A DNA stretch of 64,000 nucleotides from Carpediemonas membranifera BICM (taxonomy: Eukaryota; Protista; Fornicata), in assembly GCA_019828565.1 (NCBI GenBank), contig JAHDYR010000062.1, positions 421,666 through 485,665 on the forward strand. The letters run 5' to 3'. The first letter of the stretch is position 1; each line of letters opens with the position of its first letter. Made by a program: the position numbers and the translations under genes. The notes beneath the pieces were generated by a model that made no database searches, was not told the DNA's origin, and saw nothing but the letters and a program-made list of their open reading frames with translations. Below are positions 9,200-20,360 of this stretch, in pieces.

Positions 9200-11776
9200 C
9201 TATGCCCCCGGCGAGGACACAGCCAGCAGAGACCGTACAAGGGCGTCCTCCGTCCCAGGGTCGAGCACTAGTCGCCCCACTCCGGCAACAATAGCCTCCC
9301 TGTACTGCTCGACCCCACACCGCGACACCCCCGCCGCCCTGGCACTCTTCCACTGAGCCACGAGATCCAGCGACCCCTTCTCCAAATATCGCGCGTTATC
9401 GTAAACTATCGCCCAGCCGAACTTGGTCAGAGTGACCACTGAATGGATCATAATGGCGTCGCAGTAGTCGGCGAGTCTCGAAGATGGCACGCGGTATAGA
9501 GTGCTAACCTGCTCGCTGAACGTAAGCATAGCAGTGGGAATCAGTTCGTCCAAATGAGCTAGTGCGCCGGCAGAGGCACGACGCTCAATGTTCATGACAA
9601 CTTGGCGAATCGTATCTGAAGCTGCGTATCTCAAGATCGCATCAAGGATTCGATCCGTCTCTTGATCTGGGAGTTCGGTGGTGAGCCAGCAGGACAATGC
9701 AATAAGCCCATGCCAGTACTCCAACGCTAAGGGGAATGACTGCGAATCCAGTGTGAGCGGTGTTTTGTACTTGAGATAATCATTGTAAATCTCATGAACA
9801 ACCAAATCTATTGCCGGGTCGTGCGTTGGGAATCTTTGAATGAAACGGTGAAGGGCGGTGACCTCCATCAGCTTGAGTTCGAGCGACAGCTCTCCGCAGA
9901 TGTCTTCGGGCACTATCGCCGTGTACGCCGTGCTTAAAACCGGGTAAAACTGGCCTACATTCGGTCCAAGCGATGAGCCAGTCAACCCGTTATAAACAGA
10001 GAAGAAATGGGTGTAAATAAGCGAGTAAACGAGCTGATCGAGAGGTATATGAAGCCGGCTGAGGCACGCAGTGGCGAGGATCCATGCATCTTTCTGGTAG
10101 CATGCAGCAGCAGTAATCGTCGCCAGCTGGTGGAGTCGAACAGAGGCGAGGGCAAGACAGAGCTGGGTCGCGGCCAGCCCGGGTCCGCGATCAGTCATCG
10201 ATCCAGAGTGTGTATCTATAAATCGGACTAGATTCTGAATATGAGGGGTTGACCATGAAAACGTGGCGGTTAGATACGCTAGGACCACTTGCTGCCAGAC
10301 ACGAGAGGGCATGGAGCGGTGGCGGGCAATGGCGGTGGTCACAAGGACGATGCCGTCGACCAGATCGTCTGGAGATCCTGTGATATCTAGATCTTTCGGA
10401 AGATTGATTGAATCAAACGGTTTTGGATCAACATCGAATCTTATTGAGTCCATCACCCACTTAACATAATCAGCCAATTCATCAGCGGCCTGCAACTTGC
10501 CGAACAAACCGCGACAAAGTCCCTTGAACCGCTCGAGAGCCAGTGGCCCCACCCGCTCGATCATAGGCGCATCTGACATCGCGATTGTCGCATCACGGAG
10601 CATCTTACGCCTGCGGTAGATGCCCCAGCCGACGCTCTCGGTGTTGGGCAGGAAGACGGTTGCTCTGCAGGTCAGGGTGTGGTCGATCATCGCCTGCCAT
10701 GCCGCCCCGCACTGCCTTGGCCAAGCAAGGGCACGCCTGGGCTCTGCTGGTGATGTTATCCCGTGTTCTTTTCTTGCGAGGAGGACCCATTTGACTCCAT
10801 TCACAGTCGCAGTAAAGTTTGGATGGACTGCCTGCAGTTCAAGGGTCGAAGCCGGGAACACGGGTGGTAGGCAGACATTCTTGGACTTATAGCCACGCGG
10901 GAGATGGCGGGTGACCGCTTTGAATCTTCCAGTCGGTCTAGATTTGAGCTTAAAGTGTGTAGGCTCGACTGGAGTGAGCAACACGGCCTTGACCCGGCCG
11001 GTTGGCTGAGGCCGCCGGGTGATGGTCAGGCCCTGGCACTTGAACGCCACGGGCTGGGCTGTTATGAACGCGATGTTGTCGATCAGGATGCTTGTCATTG
11101 TGAGATCATCAACCATCTCCGCAAGGACCACGGGAAGACACCAGGTGCACGCCGAGTCAATCAGGGCGAGGAGGTGGGCTACAGTCCACTGCTTGACCTC
11201 GAGGGCAGGCTTCTTCGCGCTGATCGTGCCGGGCAGTGTGACGTCATCCAGGGCGAGTGGGCGGACTTCGAGGGTCGGGATGTAGACTGTTCGGGTGATT
11301 GGGCTATCATGGACGGTGTAGAGGGAGACTAGGACGGCTGAAAACCGGGTCACATCAGAGTGGTCGTGATATATCGGAGATTTGGAGAATCTTGAGATCA
11401 GCTCGCCAAGCATGCCCTCCTTGCTTGTGGCAGCCGCGCAGCCCTTCCAGAAGTTCGCTTCGCGGTTCAGGATACCCACGCGGTCTCGTGCTTCTTCAGG
11501 GAACGCCGAGTCCGCGCTGAAGATCTGCGCGCACGTCGGGAGGTCATACACGATGTCATCTCTTTGTAGACAAAGGATGCTGGTCTCCAGCACACGGCTG
11601 TAGTAGCCGTGGAGTGACGAGCTGTAGACCTTGAGGGCCTGGAGAGTCGAAGGAGCTAGTCTTCTGTCCAGCAGACAGTGGATGCAGTGAGAAGTTCCAA
11701 GAGAGGCCTTCTCCGTGGCTAAAAAGCAGAGAGCACGACATGCTTCGTCATGTAATGGTGTTTCAGCGACGTTCAT
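9200..11776 (-). CDS. Hypothetical ~860-aa protein (weak VPS9-like segment)
   Basis: Long ORF. DDLV...PHIQNLVRFID...GPGLAATQLCLAL loosely recalls VPS9 helices. Confidence 0.65.
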   Translation of the reverse strand: MNVAETPLHDEACRALCFLATEKASLGTSHCIHCLLDRRLAPSTLQALKVYSSSLHGYYSRVLETSILCLQRDDIVYDLPTCAQIFSADSAFPEEARDRVGILNREANFWKGCAAATSKEGMLGELISRFSKSPIYHDHSDVTRFSAVLVSLYTVHDSPITRTVYIPTLEVRPLALDDVTLPGTISAKKPALEVKQWTVAHLLALIDSACTWCLPVVLAEMVDDLTMTSILIDNIAFITAQPVAFKCQGLTITRRPQPTGRVKAVLLTPVEPTHFKLKSRPTGRFKAVTRHLPRGYKSKNVCLPPVFPASTLELQAVHPNFTATVNGVKWVLLARKEHGITSPAEPRRALAWPRQCGAAWQAMIDHTLTCRATVFLPNTESVGWGIYRRRKMLRDATIAMSDAPMIERVGPLALERFKGLCRGLFGKLQAADELADYVKWVMDSIRFDVDPKPFDSINLPKDLDITGSPDDLVDGIVLVTTAIARHRSMPSRVWQQVVLAYLTATFSWSTPHIQNLVRFIDTHSGSMTDRGPGLAATQLCLALASVRLHQLATITAAACYQKDAWILATACLSRLHIPLDQLVYSLIYTHFFSVYNGLTGSSLGPNVGQFYPVLSTAYTAIVPEDICGELSLELKLMEVTALHRFIQRFPTHDPAIDLVVHEIYNDYLKYKTPLTLDSQSFPLALEYWHGLIALSCWLTTELPDQETDRILDAILRYAASDTIRQVVMNIERRASAGALAHLDELIPTAMLTFSEQVSTLYRVPSSRLADYCDAIMIHSVVTLTKFGWAIVYDNARYLEKGSLDLVAQWKSARAAGVSRCGVEQYREAIVAGVGRLVLDPGTEDALVRSLLAVSSPGA

Positions 11777-12032
11777 ATCCAAAAAGGAGCGGCATTTCCT
11801 TCTTCGCAGAGGGTTCGTTTTGCCGGATCTGCGCAGCGATAACCATGCCAGAGCCCAGCCTAGGTCTCCCAACAACGCTCCATGGCTCACAGTTGGATAG
11901 TGGTGATAGAGATGAGTCGGGAAGCGAGGGCCGAGGCTCCAATTCTTTCATACTCTCTCCCTGCTCCCATCGTGTAGCGCTCGACTCCCACCCTCTTTCA
12001 TCATGCGACGCAGTTTAGAGTAAAGTACAGTC

Positions 12033-13805
12033 TCACCTGTCCAGGCCCAGGGCCAGCACCAAGGCCAGTGCCACAGCAACAAGCCCAACAACACCACTGA
12101 CTCCTGCAACTGCCCAGAGCCGGGCCGCCCGGGTCCTCGCCTGGTCCTTGGCCTCACACACCTGGGCATTCGCTGGAGACTCGTTGATGATCTCCGGTAC
12201 CGCAGAAGATTCTTCTTCCTCGGGAACATATTCATCTTCAAGGCCGAGAAAGTCCACAACGGCTCCAGCAAGGACGCTAGTCGGGCGAGATAAGCCCGCA
12301 ACAAGAGTGGCCAGCTGATCGAGCAGCGCCAGGATCTGCGGGGGTGATGGACCCACAGCCACCTCTCCGATGATTCGACTCAACGACGGGAGCGACCGGG
12401 CAGAGAACCCGCCAGTCAGGTCAGCCTGGATGACGAGGTCGGCCGGGTCGGCCGATTGGGCGATAATCTCTGGGTCGACGTCGAGTCCGGCACAATGCAT
12501 GAGCAGGCGACCGTGGGGCCCCTCCACGCCCGTGTCAGCCAGCTCTCGGGCCGCACTGATTGCTGCGACGCCCAGGAGTACACCGCGTTCCCGTTCAAAG
12601 GGCTCAGCCTCCACAAGACTGCCCGACTGCTCCATGACCGACATGACCAGCGAACTCACACGCGGGATAGTGTCGTTGGTGTCGATACGGTCAGGCTCGG
12701 GCTCAGGTTCACTTTTCCCTGCCTTGTCGCCGGGCTCGGCACCCTGGTCCGATCGAACTAGCGATGCGGCCGGTACAAACGAAGCGGGGGAAGACACCGC
12801 GCTCGAAAGGGTCGCCCCAGGCCTCCGCTTCCTCACGTTCCTCTCAAGCAGCGCTCTATAGTAAATAAGACTGCGCCTGCTCTCCCGAACCAGCCGACTG
12901 GGGTCAAGACACATAACATGGACCCTAACCTCGTGATCCCTGGTCAATTCACCCACGGCACGGGCCAGTGCTGAGCCGTACGGCCTCGCCTTGGCCGACA
13001 CAGCCTGTACTAGTGGGGCGACCTCGTTGGTGTGACCCCTGCCCCGCTCAGCAGGCGGCGCCCACTCTGGGGAAGCGGTGGGGAACGTTACCATGGTCAC
13101 GGTCGACCCGGCTACAGTTAGCTGGGCGTATACAATGGCCGAGGCCTCCTGGAGCGCTGGGTGGAGCCGTGCGGCGCAGAGGATCGAGCCCATGTCGGCT
13201 ACGGTCCTCATGCTGTGTCTAGCAGCCTCCTCTGGAACTGAGAGATCAGTTGGGGATGACATGGGCAGTATGTCGACCCAGCCTGCTCCAGGGACGAGCG
13301 CCACGAGCGACAGAGTCGGGATGAAAATGAGTGAGTCCAGCACCAGGTGCTCCATGACCCCGCCCTCGTTCAGGAAAGCGTCCAGACGGTGTGCGGTACC
13401 GAACATCTCGATGAAGGATGATGTGCCCTCGAGAGCAGCCTCGAGGCGCGGCTTGACAGCTTGTAGGTAGAGGGTAAGGGGCTCGTTCAAGGGATGGAGC
13501 ACGGAATGGGCCTTAAAGTGGCCCATTGACTGTACAGAGAGCATAGAACGACGCATAGTGAAGTGTGGATCGATTGCATGAGTTGTGAATGGGTATACGA
13601 CGAAAGTATCCTTGCCGACGTCGGAGAGGGCTGGCGGCGCGATGCCGAACTCCCTCCACCAGCGCTGGATCATTAAAGCGGCGTATCCAGGCGATAATGG
13701 GGCATACGACGCATTTGATGCCTGCATGCTTTCGTCGTCTCGTCGTCTCCACGCAGTCGCCAAGTCAACCTCCCCCAGCCACACCGAGTGTGCATGCACG
13801 GGCAT
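12033..13805 (-). CDS. Hypothetical tail-anchored protein with IQ-like motif
   Basis: AALMIQRWWR near the N-terminus; hydrophobic C-terminal helix LWAVAGVSGVVGLVAVALALVLAL. Confidence 0.7.
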   Translation of the reverse strand: MPVHAHSVWLGEVDLATAWRRRDDESMQASNASYAPLSPGYAALMIQRWWREFGIAPPALSDVGKDTFVVYPFTTHAIDPHFTMRRSMLSVQSMGHFKAHSVLHPLNEPLTLYLQAVKPRLEAALEGTSSFIEMFGTAHRLDAFLNEGGVMEHLVLDSLIFIPTLSLVALVPGAGWVDILPMSSPTDLSVPEEAARHSMRTVADMGSILCAARLHPALQEASAIVYAQLTVAGSTVTMVTFPTASPEWAPPAERGRGHTNEVAPLVQAVSAKARPYGSALARAVGELTRDHEVRVHVMCLDPSRLVRESRRSLIYYRALLERNVRKRRPGATLSSAVSSPASFVPAASLVRSDQGAEPGDKAGKSEPEPEPDRIDTNDTIPRVSSLVMSVMEQSGSLVEAEPFERERGVLLGVAAISAARELADTGVEGPHGRLLMHCAGLDVDPEIIAQSADPADLVIQADLTGGFSARSLPSLSRIIGEVAVGPSPPQILALLDQLATLVAGLSRPTSVLAGAVVDFLGLEDEYVPEEEESSAVPEIINESPANAQVCEAKDQARTRAARLWAVAGVSGVVGLVAVALALVLALGLDR

Positions 13806-13918
13806 CGTCTGACACAGCCTGTGCTCTAATTATTGGCTGGTGTCGGCGGAATGGTGCCTGACGCTCGACTCAATCGCATTCAAGGCATTCAATTCCACCC
13901 AGCAGCCACCTACGCCGT

Positions 13919-14509
13919 TTACTCGATAACAATAGGGTATTCTACCCCAAGGAGCTTCGACACGTCCTCCTCGAGCACGGCATGCAGGTTACTCCCAGTC
14001 TTGGACTCAATCCACTCAGGCCTACCATCAACAGAGTACAACTGGAAGTGCGACGGCCCACGGACGGGAGACGAGAGCCAGAGCTCGCGGTTGGGAGTCT
14101 GCCGGTTGACGACGAAGGTCATGCCGTCGGGGATCTTGAAGGTAAGCACACCGTCGTGGTACTCGATCTCCTCGAAGCCGGGATCGTTGTCTTCAAGCCA
14201 GCACGTGAGCGCATCAAGCCAATCCTCTGAGATGCTCGTAAAGACGTTCTCAGGGAGGGTTTCAGCGGTGGCAGCAGTGTCCGGGGGCGCTGTGTGCGTA
14301 ACAAGGCCGCGAGAGAAGATGGAGAGGCCAGTTGATAGAGTGTGGAGTGATGTGTGATGCTGAAACGTCGAGTTGAATCGTCCAAAGTGAGTAAGAGAAC
14401 TAGAGGCCGAATCGACACATGTCACTGGCTGGAAAGCGGCGATAATCCGGCCGAATGGCTGAAACGCGCCATTGTGTCCAATAAATTGCGATGCTTTGAG
14501 AGAAAGCAT
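13919..14509 (-). CDS. FXN: Frataxin (CyaY) with N-terminal organellar targeting extension
   Basis: DGVLT..., TFVVNRQTPNRELWLSSP.RGP signature; S/F/R-rich leader starting MLS. Confidence 0.93.
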   Translation of the reverse strand: MLSLKASQFIGHNGAFQPFGRIIAAFQPVTCVDSASSSLTHFGRFNSTFQHHTSLHTLSTGLSIFSRGLVTHTAPPDTAATAETLPENVFTSISEDWLDALTCWLEDNDPGFEEIEYHDGVLTFKIPDGMTFVVNRQTPNRELWLSSPVRGPSHFQLYSVDGRPEWIESKTGSNLHAVLEEDVSKLLGVEYPIVIE

Positions 14510-14676
14510 TGTGCTTCTTGTCTTCGTCGAGGTGCCACGAAAGTCGCCGAGTCGCCCTCAGCGATCAGAGGTCTGTGAATGTAGCTTTAGCTCAAACTCG
14601 GGATAGAGGCCTACAAGGGCGGCTTGTCCGCCCTTATTTGTCATTTTCCTTAAAGTGCACTGTACTCACAGCGAAA

Positions 14677-16017
14677 ATGGCAGAAGGTGACCTTGTTGCC
14701 CGTCTGATCACATTATCTGGCCAGCTTGCAGCCGCAAAACAGCCGATAGACAAGAAGAGATCAAAAAAGCCACGTGAAATCCCCACAGATGCTGATTTTG
14801 AGACGCTTCTTCCCGTTGCAGCCAATATATTGGAGGTATGCAGGCAATTCGTCATTGGCGAGGAGCTATATGATGCGATGATTTCGGGGACGCACAGTCT
14901 CGGTCCTTCTCTTGCCCGTTCTGCGAAATACTTAGAGGAGCACGTGAAGCGCGATCCCGAGCGCGAAGGGAATGAAAGACTCCTGAACGTTGCATCCAGC
15001 CTCCGTGAGCTGATGAAGACGTGGGAGGTTGCATTCAGAGCTATCGACGACGAGCGTAGAGCGCGTGCCGAGCAAGAAGAAGCCGATCGCCGCCGCCAAG
15101 CCCTCGAGGCCGCCGAAGAAGCCGCCAAGGCCAGGGAGGACCAAGAGCCCGAGTACGAGTTCGAAGAGGACCTTGACCAGGAACCCGAGGACGCCGACAT
15201 GGAGCCGATGCCCGAAGAAGAAGAGGAGGACGAAAGCGGCAAGCCCCGCCCTACACTTGCAAGCCGCGAGCACCGGACCGATACAGCGCCGAACTCTGAG
15301 TACAAGCTGGGGGCTAACGACCGAGTCTCGCAGTTCTTCACGAAGGACCTTGTGATGAACTTTATGAACGGGCCCGACCCCGACAACACGTTCCACGGGG
15401 TCAAGCTCATGAACGTCCCACGCGATATATGCCCGGCTATCGCGTATATCGAGAGAATCACAGATACGGATCGGATTAACAGACGCAAGGGCATTGATAC
15501 GGTACTGAAACAGGTTCTCGAAGCAGAGTCGCCCGAGAACGCTGGAGAGTTCGGTCTCATCCGTGCGATCGACACTGCCGACCTGGCGATGCTCATCGAG
15601 GCCGCTATATGGGAGCGCGTCGTCCTCAACTACAGGTTCGAGCGGGCCAAGCTCGAACATCGCGAGGCTGTGCTCAGCGTGATCTCGAACCTGATGAACC
15701 CGAAGGTTGATGAGCTCCGTCGCGCTGTGCTCACTGGCGGCACGTTACCCACTGATCTGACTGAGATGTCGCCCGAACTCCTTGCTGACGACGAGATGCG
15801 CGAGGTTCGGCGGGCAAACCGTGAATTCCACATGGGCCTGGCGAACCAGAAGGCGCTGGCTGCCTCGCTCAACAGTGCAGCGGCTACTGACATCACTTGC
15901 GGCCGCTGTGGCAAGAAGAAGGTGTCGTACACGCAGCAGCAGACCCGGAGTGCCGATGAGCCCATGACAGTTACATACACATGTAACTACTGCGGCAACA
16001 GGTGGCGTGGCGAGTAA
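14677..16017 (+). CDS. TFIIS: Transcription elongation factor TFIIS
   Basis: C-terminal zinc ribbon CGRC...QTRSADEPMT..TCNYCGNRW; central domain ISNL..P...LR..VL.G. Confidence 0.93.
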   Translation: MAEGDLVARLITLSGQLAAAKQPIDKKRSKKPREIPTDADFETLLPVAANILEVCRQFVIGEELYDAMISGTHSLGPSLARSAKYLEEHVKRDPEREGNERLLNVASSLRELMKTWEVAFRAIDDERRARAEQEEADRRRQALEAAEEAAKAREDQEPEYEFEEDLDQEPEDADMEPMPEEEEEDESGKPRPTLASREHRTDTAPNSEYKLGANDRVSQFFTKDLVMNFMNGPDPDNTFHGVKLMNVPRDICPAIAYIERITDTDRINRRKGIDTVLKQVLEAESPENAGEFGLIRAIDTADLAMLIEAAIWERVVLNYRFERAKLEHREAVLSVISNLMNPKVDELRRAVLTGGTLPTDLTEMSPELLADDEMREVRRANREFHMGLANQKALAASLNSAAATDITCGRCGKKKVSYTQQQTRSADEPMTVTYTCNYCGNRWRGE

Positions 16018-16298
16018 ATGGCTGGGGCGGGTTGGATGGCTTGACCTGGGGTGAGAGGGAAGAGGGAAGAAGTATCAGTGAGGGCAGCGGCTGTCTCGGG
16101 TTGGACACAACTGGGGTCAGATCCAGTGTGGCGGTCAGGCTCATGCTTTTAGAGGGCCATTATGCCATGTAATCATGTCTTGGATGCAATGTTGACTGCA
16201 CCCTTCTCTGTCAAACACCAATGTGCGCTTGACAATCCCGTCACACATCAAACTAATATGTTTACCGTTCAGGGCCACCAGCGACTACAACACTCGCC

Positions 16299-19001
16299 TC
16301 AGTCATGCGTCCCGATGATATTCTCCTTGGCCCCCAGCTCCAGCATTGCGCGTTTCTTGTTAGTCCGTCCGCACACCAAGAAGGTGCCGCATAGCGTACA
16401 GCAGAGAAGGATCGTACCCACCAAAACAATCAAAAACACCATGAAGAACTCTAGACTGAGTCCGTGAAGGCGGATCGTGACATCAGTTGACAACTTGCAG
16501 TAGCTCACATTTTCGCCGTCATCCACGCCAGTTACCTGAATCTTCAAAAAATACTGCGGCGACGATGGAATCAGATCCTCCAACGACCCACCCCATGGCG
16601 TGTATCGTGGCCATACATTAAAGCAGGGAGACCCCAGCGAGCATGTCCAAGTAATGGAGTTTGACTCGCGATACATGGGGTCTGCCGAACCAACCCAGAC
16701 GGGCGAGTCGGACTCGGTGTTATAATTGGCCAGTTCGGACGAAGAGAAGTCGGAGACGGAGGAGACGCCGCCGCCGATGACTTCGAACTTGTATGCCGTG
16801 GTGAAATCCGTGTACTCGTCCGTGACAGCGTCATAAATCCAAAACTGCGGCTTGAATGCGTTCTCATAGTAGAAGCATGGCACGCCGTCGTGACTGTCGC
16901 ATCCCTGATCGACCCAATCGGACGTTCCTGCTTCATCGAAGACGAGCATCTTATCTGGTGGGCATCCACTGTAGAGCATGACGGCAATATTCGGCAAGGG
17001 GAGTGTTCTGACGCAATTTGCCGGGGGGCCGTCGAATGAGAGTGTGAGGGTGTCTTCAACAAGCTCCTTGCCTGGCTCCGCGAGTTCGCGGGTACTGTCG
17101 TCGAGCTCGGTGATGGTGATGGTTTCGACCACGTGCGTGTCGTTAGCATGCCTGACACGCGTTACGGAGAAGATGTCCGGCCGTACAATGGTCGCACTGA
17201 TCGCCACAGCAGATGCGCCAATCGAGGGGATCTCTGTGGCAATGGTGAATGTGTAGCTGTCGCCGCGGTCGAGGTAGATGGCGTTGGGCGCAGAGAACAT
17301 GCCCGTTGAGTCGGCAACAGGCTCAGCGTTTGTTCGAGTCAGCGCCGGCTCGTCGGGGAAGTTGATAGTGATGCCGGGGGTTGCACAGATAGCGTCCAGA
17401 TCTCTCAGTAGATACTGTGATATGAGCGTAAGCACGGTATCTTCGACCACAATTCCGGGGATCGATGTCCCGTCAGGCTCGAGGGACACGACAACAGGGT
17501 GTAGTGCAAATGATGGATCAGCGACCGCAGTCACCATCCTGCTCTCCCCCGTGTGTTTCGACGCATAGCCGGACGATAGGAAGGGAGAGCGGGGCTGGCC
17601 ACTCTGGATGTGCCCAAGGTCGTCAATGAAAGCGTGGTAGGGGTAGACGGATGAGACGAACGTCTTAACCTCCGTGCCGACGGGCTGGCCGAGGCACTGC
17701 CACGTGAGGCCGTCGAAGGAGGCAAGGATGGTGTTGCCGACTGCTGTTACATAGTCGCCAGAGTAAATCGTGGAATAAATCGCGGTGAAATCTGGGATAA
17801 TGGATCCGGTATCCGAGCCAGAATATTCGGGAAGGATATGGTCGGTGTCACAGTCAAAAGCGGTCGGGAAATTGAACGCGATCTCCGTTGTTGCCCCGTT
17901 ATCTGATATCGATTCGATATAGTATCTATCGGCAGTGCCGTCGTTAGCCTTGACAACTGCCCTGATCGAATCAGAGACCAAGGCGGCATCAACGACAGTG
18001 GTGCCGGTCACAGAGTAGCCTAAAAGTGCGGAAAATGTATCATCGCTGGCGGTGGAACCGAGAGATACGAACTGAGCACCCTCACTCGACGAGACCTGGA
18101 GGTCTACTCCGTCGTCCGAGACCACTGTGGCCATGATAAACGAGTTGCCAGTGTAATTGACGTATTTGAGTTTCTTGGCGCAAGACGAGGATAGAATCGA
18201 GTATGACGCAGTGGTCACGTCGTACTCGACGATACCAGCGTGCGTGGCCATGACGAAGCGGGTAACGGCGTCCACGGCGTCGTATATGCCAGTGTCAGCC
18301 GACCCGTCGCACACATTGGTTCCTACGGTAAAGACAGCGTCAGTCATCTTCGGCTTGAGCAGCATCTTCGAGTAGGTCCCGTCTTCCCACTCCCTGAACG
18401 CCAGAGGACTTATGATAAACTCCGTATTAAGCCCACCAGGGTTGAACAGACCGATGGCGAGGGGCGAGTCAGGGTCCCGTCGAATCGAGAGTGAAGTGGG
18501 CGCACTGGTCATCGTACTCGCGGTGATGCCGATGGGGGAGGTGTATCGCGTGCCAGAGTGGGTCAGGAAGGCTGATACTGGGATAACTAGCCGGTTGACG
18601 AGGATACGAGAGGAACTGTTCAGTGTGCCAGAGATCGTGCCGGTGAAGACACCGGCGTTAGGGGCGGTGATCGTGTACAGCCAGTATGTGGCGCGGTTGT
18701 ACGTCGTGGGAACCTCTGTGAGGGTGATGCCGTCCTCCATATCGATGCTGGGACGCTCACCGCGGGCTGAAAACATCGCGGTGATGTCTTCGGCCTCGTC
18801 TTCCATTCGTGTATGGTTGAAAGTGTGCGAGGAGATGAAAACTTTGAGGCACATGCTGCTGCGTCCTGGGAAAAGCCATGTTTTCGTTGTTGGTGAGCTA
18901 CAGTCAACGACCTCGGCTTGCCACTGAAGTTTCTCGTATGGGGAAACACTGCAGTATGTGAGGGCAATGCATGCTGCCAACAGGAGCAGCAAATGCTTCA
19001 T
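16299..19001 (-). CDS. CATSPERG: CatSper auxiliary subunit gamma-like single-pass membrane protein
   Basis: Signal peptide, large ectodomain and C-terminal TM. Ordered motifs IYLDRGDSYTF, GCPPDK.L.FD, PCFYY..F.P.F.I.D.VT, VIGGG, I.W.C..GSPC, PQYFLKI, SYC...IRLHGL match the recalled CATSPERG C-terminal domain. Confidence 0.8.
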   Translation of the reverse strand: MKHLLLLLAACIALTYCSVSPYEKLQWQAEVVDCSSPTTKTWLFPGRSSMCLKVFISSHTFNHTRMEDEAEDITAMFSARGERPSIDMEDGITLTEVPTTYNRATYWLYTITAPNAGVFTGTISGTLNSSSRILVNRLVIPVSAFLTHSGTRYTSPIGITASTMTSAPTSLSIRRDPDSPLAIGLFNPGGLNTEFIISPLAFREWEDGTYSKMLLKPKMTDAVFTVGTNVCDGSADTGIYDAVDAVTRFVMATHAGIVEYDVTTASYSILSSSCAKKLKYVNYTGNSFIMATVVSDDGVDLQVSSSEGAQFVSLGSTASDDTFSALLGYSVTGTTVVDAALVSDSIRAVVKANDGTADRYYIESISDNGATTEIAFNFPTAFDCDTDHILPEYSGSDTGSIIPDFTAIYSTIYSGDYVTAVGNTILASFDGLTWQCLGQPVGTEVKTFVSSVYPYHAFIDDLGHIQSGQPRSPFLSSGYASKHTGESRMVTAVADPSFALHPVVVSLEPDGTSIPGIVVEDTVLTLISQYLLRDLDAICATPGITINFPDEPALTRTNAEPVADSTGMFSAPNAIYLDRGDSYTFTIATEIPSIGASAVAISATIVRPDIFSVTRVRHANDTHVVETITITELDDSTRELAEPGKELVEDTLTLSFDGPPANCVRTLPLPNIAVMLYSGCPPDKMLVFDEAGTSDWVDQGCDSHDGVPCFYYENAFKPQFWIYDAVTDEYTDFTTAYKFEVIGGGVSSVSDFSSSELANYNTESDSPVWVGSADPMYRESNSITWTCSLGSPCFNVWPRYTPWGGSLEDLIPSSPQYFLKIQVTGVDDGENVSYCKLSTDVTIRLHGLSLEFFMVFLIVLVGTILLCCTLCGTFLVCGRTNKKRAMLELGAKENIIGTHD

Positions 19002-19159
19002 TTGGAGAACGATGCCTGGTGATGGGTCCAGGAGTCGGCATTCAAGACAACAGAAATATGGCCATACGAGGGTTGCTATGACGATGAGAGTCGTCTACAG
19101 CGGCTACCTTCTTCATGACAGGCAATCGAGTCGCGAGAGTCCCAGGTGTCCTTGACGCG

Positions 19160-19654
19160 ATGGCGGCAGAAAAGGTTGCGTTGTATGGCGGGATGATGAG
19201 TGCGATCATCCCCAAGGAGTTTAAAGACGTCTCGGAGGTCCGGGAGGTTCCAGACCACCAGCACGTGCTCATGTCGTACGAGCGGGAAAGAAGCGTCATC
19301 ATTGAGCTCAACGAGATGCTTCCGACAACTGATACCAATGAAACATGCGTTGAACACTTCAAGGAGCTCGCTCGTATCAATCTCTCGCCGGATTACACGC
19401 TCACAGCCATCTTTGAAATGGCCGACGAATCGATTCCCACCCGTCTGGGCCAAGGAGCTCTCATAGCAGACTGCTCGGGCTCTCAGACAGTCAATGGAAA
19501 GAAGATCACCATGGAGATGATCGTTGTCCGCATGCCCGCTGTTCACACTGATCTTTTGATCACAGCGATGAGTGCTGATCCCACCGACATCCCCGATATT
19601 GCTAGGGGCATCGCCGCGTCCATCACGGTGCATGACTGGCGGTTGTTTGGCTAA
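19160..19654 (+). CDS. MOG1: Mog1 (Ran guanine nucleotide release factor)
   Basis: LYGG.MS..IP..F.DVS.VREVPDHQHV, SVIIELNE and TDLLIT motifs. Confidence 0.88.
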   Translation: MAAEKVALYGGMMSAIIPKEFKDVSEVREVPDHQHVLMSYERERSVIIELNEMLPTTDTNETCVEHFKELARINLSPDYTLTAIFEMADESIPTRLGQGALIADCSGSQTVNGKKITMEMIVVRMPAVHTDLLITAMSADPTDIPDIARGIAASITVHDWRLFG

Positions 19655-19784
19655 GCTGGTGTTTTCTCGACTAAATTCTTATCTTAACTCCTTTCCAACT
19701 ATCCATCACCACATGCACCCAGCCCAATGAGCCACACTCTGAACATTTATCATCCATGTAACGCTAATATATAACACTACCGCC

Positions 19785-20360
19785 TCACAGGTCCTCCATG
19801 TCAAGCATCTCGTCAAAGTCAGGAACATCATCCGGTCTGGCCGTCATCGTCACTGTCTCCTCCGGCTGGGGGCCTAGGTCCCTCTCGATGTCGATGTCGA
19901 CGTCTCTCTCGTCTACTCCGAAGTCGCCGGCATCACTGAATGCCTGGCCGGCGAGGTCCAAGTTTTCGAGGTCAGCGCCTGGCATGTCGGTAACAGGAGC
20001 CTCAAGGAATGGTCCGGAGTCTTTCAGTAGGTCTATGTGTGACCGAGCGTCGTGCTTGCGGGCCCTGGTCTCGAGCTTGAGGAGGAACTCGCCTTCGTCC
20101 ATGGCGGGGTAGAGATGGCGCCCCCACGCTAGGTACTGATCTACAAAGTTATTGATGAAGGATATCTCATGACCTTCAACGCTCTCTGGGATTTTGAAGT
20201 CCTTGAAGCTTCTGTAGAGGCCTGCAAGGCCCTTGTCGCGGTCTACGAGGTCAAGAATGTTGATCTGACGGGGATTCACGCGCTTGGGCTTAGTTTGCTC
20301 TGTGGGCTGCGCTTCCAACTGCTCAGTTTCGAACCTAGCTTCTTCCTCCTCGAAGTTCAT
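19785..20360 (-). CDS. TIPIN: TIPIN/Csm3/Swi3 replication fork protection subunit
   Basis: Swi3 domain GL..L...F...GHE......Y..W...LYP......F...LE. Confidence 0.82.
   Translation of the reverse strand: MNFEEEEARFETEQLEAQPTEQTKPKRVNPRQINILDLVDRDKGLAGLYRSFKDFKIPESVEGHEISFINNFVDQYLAWGRHLYPAMDEGEFLLKLETRARKHDARSHIDLLKDSGPFLEAPVTDMPGADLENLDLAGQAFSDAGDFGVDERDVDIDIERDLGPQPEETVTMTARPDDVPDFDEMLDMEDL

Noticed and set aside
14634-15660. Long antisense ORFs over TFIIS and other genes
   Set aside because: Shadow ORFs expected from GC-rich codon usage opposite clearly conserved genes.
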